From the NCBI RefSeq assembly GCF_021028975.2, contig NC_059427.1, positions 45,942,001-46,006,000 on the forward strand: DNA of 64,000 bases. The letters run 5' to 3'. The notes under the pieces are model-generated. The model was not told the DNA's origin, made no database searches, and was given only the letters and a program-made list of their open reading frames with translations. This stretch comes from Sphaerodactylus townsendi (Eukaryota). Position 1 is the first letter of the stretch. Each line of letters starts with the position of its first letter. Shown here in pieces: positions 53,191 through 64,000 of the stretch. Position numbers and translations under genes: made by a program.

Positions 53191-53832
53191 CTTGCATAAT
53201 CTTTCTCGCCCATCTGCCTACGTTCCCATCGCGCACGCGCATTCCTACCGAGAGTTTCAAGAACTTTCCCGCCAGAACGAAAATACGTCTACAAAGGACC
53301 TGCGAAATTAGGCCCTGCCTATGTTTTGCGCACGCGCGTTGTTAACGTAGCGCCCTCAACCCGGTAATGAGAGCCGAGAGTTAAGGTATCTCTGTCGTGT
53401 GCTGAACGCTATAGAAACCAGTACGCATGCGCAAAGGCTGGATTCGCGTACTCCTTATCGACACTTCCGTTGTTGAACAGATTTTCTACTGTAATATCAA
53501 GGGTATAGGGACCCCCACTATAGAGAGAAGAAGGCTGTAGAACGAAACTTCTCGGCGCGCTGGAGAAGCAAACCAACCGGCAGTTTCCCGTGGTTACCGG
53601 AAGTTTAGATTGAGCATCAGCATTTTTCCACTTCTATGTCTCTATATTCCAGACTACGATTTGGAGGGGAGAGAGCGCATGCGCGTTGCCCTGGCCGACT
53701 GCGTGGCGTCCTATGTAAATAAAAGTGGTGGGGGGGGGGGCAATAAAAGCAGCACCGTAAAGGGGGAGGGGAGAAAGGGGTGCCTTTCCACCCACCCCCG
53801 AGACGGGAGTGGAAGAGTACAGAAGGGGCAGC
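53191..53832. promoter_or_regulatory. MBD4/IFT122 bidirectional CpG-island promoter
   Basis: NRF1-like GCGCAYGCGC (53231, 53328, 53424, 53675); ETS CACTTCCG (53462) and CCGGAAGT (53597); X-box-like GTTTCCCGTGGTTAC (53583-53597). Confidence 0.8.
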
Positions 53833-53873
53833 ATGAGAGCCGCCCTGACCTGGAAGGATAAGGCTGATCAATG
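53833..53873 (+). CDS. IFT122: IFT122 exon 1 (MRAALTWKDKADQC)
   Basis: IFT122 N-terminus; 41 nt, gtaag donor. Confidence 0.93.
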
Positions 53874-54361
53874 GTAAGAGGCGTTTCTTCTTTAAAAACA
53901 TCGGCTGGACTATTTAATTTATTTAAAACGTGTTTTATTTTAGTAACATTTTGCATGTTTTTCAAGCAGCATCCATGCGTTTTAGTGTCCTTATACTGAA
54001 GTTTTACTTACCGGTATTTACAGATTTTAAATGGACGTTGCTGAGTAACGGTTACTCTCTAAGCAGCTTTGTAACGCAAAAGTGTGATATATGGTTTGAT
54101 AACTATGTAGATTTGAGGGGCGGGTCAGCCAAATGGAATTGGCTTGAGCCATCTAAGGCTTCTTCTGTTCAGAGGTGATTCTCTGTGTGATTTTTGTTGC
54201 ATTTGCACTGCCACCACGTGACAGTGTAGCGTGCACTTACCTTCAGCACCCCCTCCCCTACACACTGTTCCCACCCTCCATCAAAGGGCTCCTTTAAAAA
54301 ACCCAGTGATTTCTAGATAGTGGTTATGTTGTATTGTCACAATCTATTCGTCCTGCTTTCA

Positions 54362-55480
54362 TTTTTTTATTTATTTATTTATTTATTGTTTCGATTTATA
54401 AACCGCCCCATCCCCTGGGGGCTCTGGGCGGTGAACAACATTCACATATACAATTAATTAAATCGATAACAACAATATAATACTAAAAACCATTAAAAAC
54501 TACTTAAAAACAGCGGTTAGCATCATAATAGGTGCCCTATTATGGCCAATTCAATTTAGATCACCCCAGTAAAAGAAAAGGGAGGGGTCAGGTTCCTCTC
54601 TGGGAGGATAATAGGTGGTAAAGTGCAACAGATGGTATGTGCAAGAAGATGCAGGGGGGGAAGGAGAGGGGGAGGGGAAGGCGGCGCCACTCAGCCACTG
54701 GACACTCCAAAGCGCCCGTGGAACAACTCGGTCTTACAGGCTCCCAAGGAACTCATCAAGGTCCCGCAGGGCCCGGGCAGCTGGAGGAAGAGTGTTCCAC
54801 CAGGCTGGGGCCAGGGCTGTAAAGGTCCTGGCCCGTGTGGAGGCCAGCCGCATCATCGAGGGGCCAGGAACCGCCAGCAATTGGCCTCTGCTGATCGCAG
54901 AGGCCGAGTAGGGGCATATGGGGTAATGCGGTCTCTCAGATAATGCAGGGTCCCAGGCCGCGTAAGGCCTTAAAGGTTAAAACCCACACCTTGAAGATGA
55001 TTCGAATTCCACTGGAAGCCAGTGCAGCTGGCGCAGCACAGGTTGAATATGATCACAGAAGGCTTCCCCTGTGAGCAAACGCTGCCGCTGCATGTTGGAC
55101 CAGTTTCAGTTTCTGGAATCAGGCGCTAGCGGGAAGGCTCCGCCAGAGAGCGAGTTACAATAGTCAAGCCTGGAGGTGACCGTTGCATGTATCACAGTGG
55201 CCAGGTCTGCCTGAGAGAGGAAGGGGGCCAGCCGCCGGGCCTGCCGAAGATGGAAAAATGCAGTCCGGGTTACAAGGGCCACCTGGGTCTCCATAGAAAG
55301 AGACGAATCCAGGTGGACCCCCAGACTGCGGACAGAGGGGGCCGGCGCCAAAATGGTCCCCTCCCACTCCGGCGGCTGGAAATCCCCTGCCTCCCCCCTG
55401 CGGCCCAGCCAAAGGATCTCCGTCTTCGATGGATTCAGTTTCAGCCTGCTCTGCTGTAACCAACCAGCGACCGCCTCCAA
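54362..55480 (-). mobile_element. L2-clade LINE 3' fragment
   Basis: RLKLNPSKTE...SLGVHLD...SRLDYCNSL; (TAAA)n tail. Confidence 0.85.
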
Positions 55481-57251
55481 ACAATTTTAATGTTATTTTC
55501 ATTGCAAAATTACAGAGGAAAGGTGCCAATTAAAAAAAATGAAAATGGCAATAGATGGTCATGATGCTATAGGGATTTAGCAGTGGGTGGAAACAAGGAA
55601 TATATCACTAATGGGACAGAACCTGCAAAACATGCACTTTCCCATTCAAAGGGTATCCAGAGTTATTTTGCTGTCTTTCGTGAAGATAATTCCATGGAAG
55701 ACACAGTAAAGCGATGGAAACACCAAACAGGATGCATCGAGGATGACACTGCATGAATACTTTTGAAAACTGCACTGCTTTCAAGGAAGACAACATGGAT
55801 CAAAACATCATGTCAAAAAACCTTGCTCTCTGTGGGCAACTGCTTAACTGTCACAACATTTGTTGCCATAGACATACTAACGGGGAGATCTACTTGTAAA
55901 CTGCTGTGGGCAGAGGTGTGCACATATGGCTCACTCTGCACAGTCAAGATCCCTACTTTCTGAGATTTCTCCATCACACAGAGAGAGCCCTGTGAAAAAA
56001 CTGTCTGAGTCGTTTAAAAGATAAAACATCTTTGTATACAAAAGATCCCAGGTTCAATAACTGACTTTTTGAATTAAAAGACTGAGGCAGTAGCTGATGT
56101 TACTCTGCACAGCTTGAAACTGTGGAGAGTCGCTGCCTGTCAGAATAGACCTTACTAATCTTGGTTTGACTTAGAAGGTTAGATGAATGTACATAGCTTG
56201 GAGACTGAACTTTCTCCCATTATTCCCCCTCATCTCTGTTCACTGCATGCATTTTCAAATATCAGAAATGAACCTTCTTCCAAGCAATGTAGGAAGGCAG
56301 TCCAATTATGATTATTACTGATATGCCCTTCAATGACACCCACAGTTGATGTGGCTTTACTGGAAAGCAAATATACAATTGTAGAATTACAGTCCAGATG
56401 CCTTTTCAATTGACTTCATTGGTAGGTGACTGAATCCAAATTTTATCAAAGCATCAGTTTCTGTTCACATAATAGATGGTTTAATTGTGTTCATCACTAA
56501 AGCTGGAAAAAAACAGACTGATTGTCCAATAGTCTACATGCTGTCACCTAAATATTTTGATATTTCCCCTCTTCTATGCTGGGCTAGTAGCTAAACCTTT
56601 GGTGTGAGTTCTTTTAAAAAATAAACAAACCAAGAATTTGTCCCTCTAAGCCTGTATAAGGTAATACATTTTGACTATTTTTAATTTAAGATAAAATAGT
56701 ATGTTTGAACTATCTTTTTTTGTAGAGCAGGGAACACTGGGACACGTATGTAAAATTATTGATTGTGTTCAGCATGGAGGAACAGACCCAGTTCTAGCAC
56801 TATAAGCCTGACATATTGTGGACCCTTTTCTGATTTTTGTCTGGTCCTTCACGTTTGCATATACTTGCACCCAACCCAGCTAAAAACAGTAACTAACTAT
56901 GCAATCCTAATGAAACTTTTGTTTGAGCAAGTAGGATTCTGATTGGACCTTTAGATTTGCTCTCTGAAATATCATTAAGCATCCATGCTTTGATTAAGGT
57001 ATCCATACATTTCATAGCCTTGTTCTGACATGCCAAATAAAACATGTTGTGAACACCGTGGTATAGTGGAACTGTGCAAATGCCTAACTCTAGTATATAA
57101 ATGTAATTTCTGAACATAAATGCACAAGTGAAATTCTTCTTTAAAACTTCCTGTAGAGTATTGTCCTATACTCGAAATATGGAAATATCATGTGGAAAAA
57201 ATGTTGCTGATAGAGTCTTTCACATTTAAAAATCTTCCTTCATTTTAACAG

Positions 57252-57318
57252 CATTTATGATCTTGCATTTAAACCTGATGGGACTCAACTGATAATTGCA
57301 GCTGGAAACAGATTACTG
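57252..57318 (+). CDS. IFT122: IFT122 exon 2 (IYDLAFKPDGTQLIIAAGNRLL)
   Basis: 67 nt, AG/GT, WD40. Confidence 0.94.
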
Positions 57319-58142
57319 GTATGTTGGAGTTTTGATACATTTTTTTCTCTAGCTTTTTCTCTAGACATTGTGGCATGTACGGTCGAATATTAAAAGAACT
57401 TTCATCCCTTCTCTGTTTAATTTTTTGTACAATGTCTAAAATCATGTCACTGTTGTAAACTTTGGTGGCTTAAGAAAACGTTTTCAATTATATCCTTTGT
57501 AAAGAGAGTATTCTTTCAGTTTTCATTGATTTGAGAAGATAGGTTGATGTTAAAACAGATGAAGAACTCTTTACAATAAATAGGCTTGGTTTATCTTTTT
57601 GGGCACATGTAAAATTTTAATTTCAAAGCTTATCTGTAATTTCTTGGTATGGATTTACAAAAGTTAGAAACTAAGTAAAACTGAGCCTACCACTTTGTGG
57701 GTGAGAGACTGTTTCCTTCCTTATTGACTGTGTAACAAGTAGTGCAGACAGCAAGCTGGAATCCTAAATATTCAAGACCTGAATGCAAGCACCACTGAAA
57801 TAAGAATAATTTTTTTAATTTACTTCATTTATACCCTCATTTTCTCCCCAGTGGAGACCCAAAACAGCTTAGATCATTTTCCTGACCTCTGTTTTACCGT
57901 CACAATGAGGTAGGTTAGGCTGAGATTGTGTGTCTGTCACCCAGGAAGCTTCCTTGGCAGAGGGAGGGTTTAAACATGGGTTACTCAGGTGTGACACTTT
58001 AACCACTACACTGCTCAGGCAGCAGGAATGAAGTGCTATATTAACATACATTGATGAGATTGTGTAATTATAACTTTCACCCTGACGGTATTGATTTGTT
58101 CACTTAAGTCTTACAGTCTACTCTTTGATTTTGTTTGTACAG

Positions 58143-58224
58143 GTGTATGATACAGATGGAACACTAATTCAGCCCCTTAAAGGGCATAAGGAAACCGTAT
58201 ACTGTGTGGCTTATGCAAAAGACG
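58143..58224 (+). CDS. IFT122: IFT122 exon 3 ([27 protein letters not shown])
   Basis: 82 nt, AG/GT. Confidence 0.94.
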
Positions 58225-58510
58225 GTAATTGAACATATTAAATTTCTTTGGCTGGTCAGTATTTGATCCAAGGCTTGTTGTTCCTCAGCACCTGAGTATT
58301 CAAGTAGGTCTAATATTATACATTAACATACAGCTTGTCCTTTTTCAGTCTTTTTGAAAGTGAAAATAATCAACAACATTAGCAACAGGCCACAATAGAG
58401 CTTGAAGTATGGTCAGAAGACAGGAAAAGAGTTTGCAGGGATGAGAGTTCTGATTATTGCTAACCTGATAGCCTGTTCAGAAAATAATGTCTTAATGTGT
58501 TCTCTTGTGA

Positions 58511-58645
<135 letters not shown>

Positions 58646-58701
58646 TGAGTGATTGCCTCATATTTGACCCATCTTTGTCCCATAGCAACTTTATGGTGAT
58701 A

Positions 58702-58787
58702 TTTGGGTGCTGTGTGGTTTCTGGGCTGTATGGCCGTGTTCTAGCAGCATTCTCTCCTGACGTTTCGCCTGCGTCTGTGGCTGGCAT
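58702..58787 (-). mobile_element. 86-bp Penelope pLTR fragment
   Basis: Direct repeat CTTTATGGTGATA (58689-58701, 58788-58800); near-identical to 1731-1817. Confidence 0.85.
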
Positions 58788-59024
58788 CTTTATGGTGATA
58801 AGTAAGTTGTTGATGTCCAACAGCAATGTTTAACAATAAATAGTAGGAATGTATACAAACAATATCAAATACCCAAACCTGTAGACTTCACTTTGATTTG
58901 CACACAATTCCTGATGATGCATCTGGCGAGGATGTTATTGAAGCAATGTCTGAAGTTCTTTGTTGATTCAGTCTGCCACTTTGCTGAATGTTTTGTTTCA
59001 GTTTTGTCTGTTGATCTCTTATAG

Positions 59025-59101
59025 GCACAATGATTCCATACAGTGTGTCTCATACAACCCAGTTACACACCAGCTTGCATCTTGCTCCTCCAGTGATTTT
59101 G
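59025..59101 (+). CDS. IFT122: IFT122 exon 5 ([25 protein letters not shown])
   Basis: 77 nt, AG/GT. Confidence 0.95.
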
Positions 59102-59249
59102 GTATGTCTTCTGCATTTTTGATTTCTTAAGGCCCAATCCTGTGACTTGCCATACCAGTCAGGAAGGGTATGGTATTGCCATCAGGTTTCTGAGGCAATA
59201 TTAATGTATAGATGGAAATGGGCAGATAAGGTGTATAGTATAAAGTCAC

Positions 59250-60960
59250 CTTCTGTCAAGGTAAATGTAATCAAGAGGGTCATCTCCCCCCGCAAATAAC
59301 TGTAAATAGAGGAGTTAAGCAGGATTGTGTCTTGGCCCCAACCTTATTCAAGCTGTTTTTAAATGATCTAGCTCTTGCTCTAATGGCAGTAAATGCTCAT
59401 AGTCCCTCACTTGGTAGAATACCTATCTTGTTATTTGTGGATGATGCCATACTGTTATCCAGACAGAGAGTGGGGCTTGAAGCGCCTCCTTGATCAATGC
59501 TCCGAATACTGCAGTAGCAATAATTTGCACCTCAACTACTCTGAAACTGAGTCTATAAAGAGTTGTTACCTATTATGAATGAAATGTCTATTTTGACTTG
59601 GACAAAAGTATTATGAATGGGAATTTAGCTGTGTATTATACCACAGTAAAATATTATGAATGAGACCTGAAAATTGCTGTGTTACATTGTGACTAAAATA
59701 TTGTTTCTCACCTAATATTTGTTGTTAATTATGAAATGATTTTTCTGTATATAATTCTTCTATGAAGCAATAGGTTTGTATAACTTTGGTACAAAGAAAT
59801 TTTTGTTTATGTTGTTATTCCTATGAAGCAATAGGAAAATACATACATATGAAAATAATTTCCAAGTCAAGTACATGTTTTCATGTCATTATTTATTATC
59901 CTGTGGGTTCTGTTCAAATGTTAAAAAATATTAGATATTTCAAAACACATAACACCATTCAGTTTCTTAGGGTGTGAACTCGCTTGTGTTACTAGGGCCT
60001 GTATTGTAACCAAAATTGCGGACCTGGGTTTATCCCTTGAGGCACTAGCTTTGCTGCCTTCCAGTGAAATATTTTGTACCATCAAGAAAAAACTGTTTGA
60101 TTTGGAACACCGGATGCTAATCAGCAAAGCAGAGACATTTTGCTCTCTTTTTCTTGGGATTCCCCTTAGTCCCTTTGCTATAGCAAAATATTTGTACTTA
60201 TTTGCCGAACCCAAATTTCTCTCGCATGATGCAGTGTCTTACCCTCTGCCTTATGACAGGGGAGGGCCTTAAAACTTCCACATCTTGAAAGATACTGCAT
60301 CTGCGCTATGAACTGTGAGGAATCTGGAATGCATGTCTTGTTCCATTGCCCCCTGTATAGTCGAGTTAGGGCAGTGATGGCGAACCTTTTAGTGACTGAG
60401 TGCCAGGGGAAGAGCGAGGGGAAACTGCACTCAGGGCATGCGTGCGCCCTGTGGCCCTGCCACACCACCATCCACCCCCGCCCTGCCCTGGAATGCCCCA
60501 AAATACCTCACCACACCCCCGGAACACCCTCACTACGCCCCCGCAGGGGAATGTGCCCAGTGCATAACGCACCCCTCTCCCCCTGGGCACTATGCCACTG
60601 CTGAGTGCCCAAACTGGGGCGACAGCGCACGTGCCCACAAAGAGGGCTCTGAGTGCCACCTCTGGCATGTGTCATAGGTTCGCCACCACTGAGTCAGGGC
60701 GAAGATATTACTCTCTCTACTTGTGGGCACTGATTGTTTAACTGAGCAGCAAAAGACTATTGTTTTACTGAACAATGAAGATTGGCATATCCTGGAGGCA
60801 GTGGCCGAGTTTCTTTGCTATGTTATTTCAATTCATTCCAAATGCCTCTAATCACCATTATACCTATGCTCTTATTTATAAGTGTATTATTTCCTTCTCA
60901 ATCTGCTATTTTATCATTGATTTATTATGCCATTAAAGGTTATGTACTACTACTACTACA
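59250..60960 (+). mobile_element. Degenerate non-LTR retrotransposon fragments (clade uncertain, RTE-X/L2-like)
   Basis: RGVKQDCVLAPTLF RT motif near 59310; HVLFHCPLY near 60335; (TAC)n tail near 60945. Confidence 0.55.
60372..60691. mobile_element. hAT MITE with CAGTGATGGCGAACC TIRs, copy A
   Basis: 8-bp TSD AGTTAGGG/AGTCAGGG. Confidence 0.82.
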
Positions 60961-61104
60961 GGTGTATGGTAAAGGAAGGAGTAGTAGTGGAGATTTGCTG
61001 TTATTTAGGAGTTCTTATATTTCATGTCACTTTTCAAAATATAAATGCATCCTACAGTGATGAAATTGGTTTAACTCCTTCTTAACTACCGTTGTGTTTT
61101 TAAG

Positions 61105-61171
61105 GTCTTTGGTCTCCAGAACAGAAGTCAGTCTCCAAACATAAAGCAAGTAGTAAAATCACCTGCTGTAG
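61105..61171 (+). CDS. IFT122: IFT122 exon 6 ([23 protein letters not shown])
   Basis: 67 nt, AG/GT. Confidence 0.95.
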
Positions 61172-61323
61172 GTATGTAAGTGCTCCATTCAGATATATAT
61201 TTTATTTCTGCAAATTATAAATATTTATTATGAAATGCATTTGAATCCTATGTCTACACCAATGGCTTTATGTTTTAAAACACAGTAAAATTTAGACAAA
61301 TATGTAAGTACAGTAGTATTGGA

Positions 61324-61602
61324 CAGTGATGGCGAAGCAAGGAGAAACTATGTCCAGGGCATGCGTGCGCCCTGCACCCCTGCCTTGGAACGCCCTTGGA
61401 ATGCCCCGAAACACCCCCACCACACCCCTGGAATGCCCTCGCCATGCTCCTGCAGCAGCATGCACCCAGTGCATTGTTCACCTCTGGTCCCCTTGGTGCT
61501 ATACCACTGCAGAGTGTCCAAACTTGAGCAACAGTGCGTGTGCCCACAAAAAGGGCTCTGAGTGCCACCTCTGGCACGTGTGCCATAGGTTCGCCACCAC
61601 TG
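61324..61602. mobile_element. hAT MITE, copy B
   Basis: 8-bp TSD GTATTGGA/GTATAGGA; homologous to copy A. Confidence 0.82.
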
Positions 61603-61631
61603 GTATAGGATGATGATTGTCTCCTTTTTTT

Positions 61632-61870
61632 GCTGGTAAGTCACAGCTGATGAATGGTGAACTCATAGAATTTTTGAGACTTGAGAAAATTTGGAGGTAG
61701 TGTGCCATTGCCTTCCTCTGTGTCACAACCCTGGTGTTCCTTGGAGGTCTCCCATCCGAATACTAGCCAGGGTCAAGACTGAGAGTGTGTGACTGGCCCA
61801 AGGCCACCTTTGAACCTGGATTTCCCAGGTCCTAGTCCAACACTTTAACCACTACACCATGCTGGCTCCC
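61632..61870 (-). mobile_element. tRNA/5S chimeric SINE, copy 2
   Basis: tRNA head, then 5S box-C segment, then Sauria-type tail. Confidence 0.62.
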
Positions 61871-62703
61871 TAGGCTAATGATACAGCAGTGAAAAAAGTG
61901 GTCTGTATCAAAAGTCTGTAGAATATGAAATGGAATCTGAGCTACATCAAAAGGTGCTGTTCTGCTGTTGTAACAGCACTTCCATTGGCTAAGGAAGGTC
62001 AGAGGACTGTAGATTTTATCAACTCACCCCTACCACACACCGTATCTCCTAGGTATTCCTGAGGGCCCTTTAATGCCCTGACCCCGACCCCCCGGCAAGA
62101 GCAGAATTTGGGAAACCAGGTTTAGTTGATTGCAGCAAGAAGAGGAAAGCAAGAAGTCCTATTCTGCAAGCTTCATCTCCCATGATGACCTGGATCCAAC
62201 CCTCTATCATGAATTGGTAGAATTTCCCCCCAGATAATGATGAAATTTAAGATTGTAGCATTTTATGAAAGACTTTCAGGACTTGTTGTTCAGCTTAAAC
62301 AGACATGTTCCTGTGCCACTACTCAATATATTTGCTTTACATATCCTCTAATGTTGGGGTCCCCAACTTGTGGGCACCTTGGGTATCAGACACAGTATGG
62401 TGGGCGAAACCACACAATGGCTGCCCAAAGTGTCTCCCTCAAGAGGCGGAGGCTGTTTCAAAACGACCTTCAGTCACACAGTGAAGATCCTTGTGATATG
62501 GTGGCACCTGCTGCCAAAGCAACATTTTAAAAAATTTGCACAGCCAAACAAATTCGCTGGGCAAAGTTCGCCTGGCCTCACCCATGATCTAAAATTACTT
62601 GAGCAGGAACCAGAAAAGGGGTCAGTGGGCACCCTGGGGACCCCTGCTCTAACCCATTCTTATCTATGCATCTTAAGGTGTAAATGAAACACATTCTGAT
62701 CAG

Positions 62704-62938
62704 CTGGTAGTGGTGGTCTGGTGGCTCTTGTTCCTAACGTTTTGCCTGCATCTGTGGCTGGCATCTTCAGAGGTGTATCACAGAGGTGTGTAACAGACTT
62801 CCCTCTGTGATACACCTCTGAAGATGCCAGCCACAGATGCAAGCGAAACGTTAGGAACAAGATCCACCAGACCATGGCCACACAGCCCGGAAAAACCACC
62901 ACAACCAGTTGAATCTGGCCGTGAAAGCCTTCGGCAAT
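62704..62938. mobile_element. Short palindromic Penelope-derived element with two opposed hammerhead motifs
   Basis: Direct repeat ACATTCTGATCAG (62691-62703, 62939-62951); arms about 62714-62785 and 62803-62874. Confidence 0.85.
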
Positions 62939-63101
62939 ACATTCTGATCAGTTTGCGATCACATATGCTCATCTGATAAACAGTATAAAGAGTTCTCCCC
63001 TCACCCTTCCCTGGAGTCTTTTATTACATTGAATCTCAATAGGCCCCTGCAGTCTCTGTCAGGGTGAGGAGATGTTTATTTTTTTTCAGCCTGTTGTATG
63101 A

Positions 63102-63281
<180 letters not shown>

Positions 63282-64000
63282 TAAACTTTTATTTATTTAT
63301 TTTTAAAAAGCATTTACCATTACAAATGTTGGGAGGCCTCTAGAGTCTTTACTGGCTTCAGTAACTGCTTCTGCACCCTGATGTGTACATTTCTGAGGCT
63401 CATATCCTTAGTTTTCTGCTCAATTAAGCAAATCTGGATTTAATTCCTAAGAGCATATGTCATTCTTCTAGATTTGCCACCAATAACAAACTGCCTATTA
63501 ACTCCTGTATCATATTTGTGTACATATGAGTAAAAGGGAATCCTTTTGTGACTCCTACTTTGATGAGGGGTAATCAAGAAAGGTTCTTTATGTTCCTAAG
63601 AGTTATGATTGGATAGCTGAAGTGTCCAAGATTGCTTTTAGCATCACCTTTATTTTCTTTGTGCATTGTAGAATCAGCTGAGCATGAAAGTTTCTTTTTT
63701 TGCATAGCAAAGGCTGATGTTTTTAATACATCTGGGCAACAACATGTCTCAATGTGGATGATTACATTGAAAGCTTAAGAGTGATTGCTCACAACTGATT
63801 GTGGAGAGATTTCACTACCCAAAAACTGACGCAGAAAGTTAATATTTTAGGATCATATGTGATATTTGATATATTTCATAGCACATCATCCTGTTTCAGT
63901 CTGGCCTTCTGCTTTAAAAGATGTCAGTGTGGCCAGTTTTTGTAGTTCACTTATTGAGATGGATACTGTAATGATAGACGTATTTCTCTACTAGCTTGGA

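Noticed and set aside
61075-61104. U12-type branch point before IFT122 exon 6
   Set aside because: The donor of that intron is GTATGT, not GTATCCTT

Overview
Vertebrate genomic DNA, almost certainly a squamate reptile and possibly a gecko (inferred from the repeat content: CR1, L2, Penelope, Sauria/5S-Sauria-type SINEs, SPIN-like hAT). The window holds the conserved block CAND2 (last 3 exons, +), RPL32 (complete, -, 135 aa, with SNORA7 in intron 1), EFCAB12 (-, 9 candidate coding exons), MBD4 (complete, -, 8 exons, about 539 aa) and IFT122 (first 7 exons, +). MBD4 and IFT122 share a bidirectional CpG-island promoter. Exon boundaries were read by hand from GT/AG sites and checked for phase. 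The most striking non-genic structure is a four-level nest in one CAND2 intron: hAT MITE (8-bp TSD) > Penelope element (12-bp TSD) > CR1 LINE > full-length Ty1/copia element (5-bp TSD). The copia primer-binding site matches the anticodon arm of tRNAi-Met (Hemivirus-type half-tRNA priming). Five Penelope-derived inserts carry minimal hammerhead ribozyme motifs, and two of them are short TSD-flanked palindromic elements. Also present: a SPIN-like MITE with a CORE-SINE-like middle, a tRNA/5S chimeric SINE in two copies, a decayed C2H2 zinc-finger fragment and a 182-nt N gap. No database searches were run; family names come from recognised motifs.
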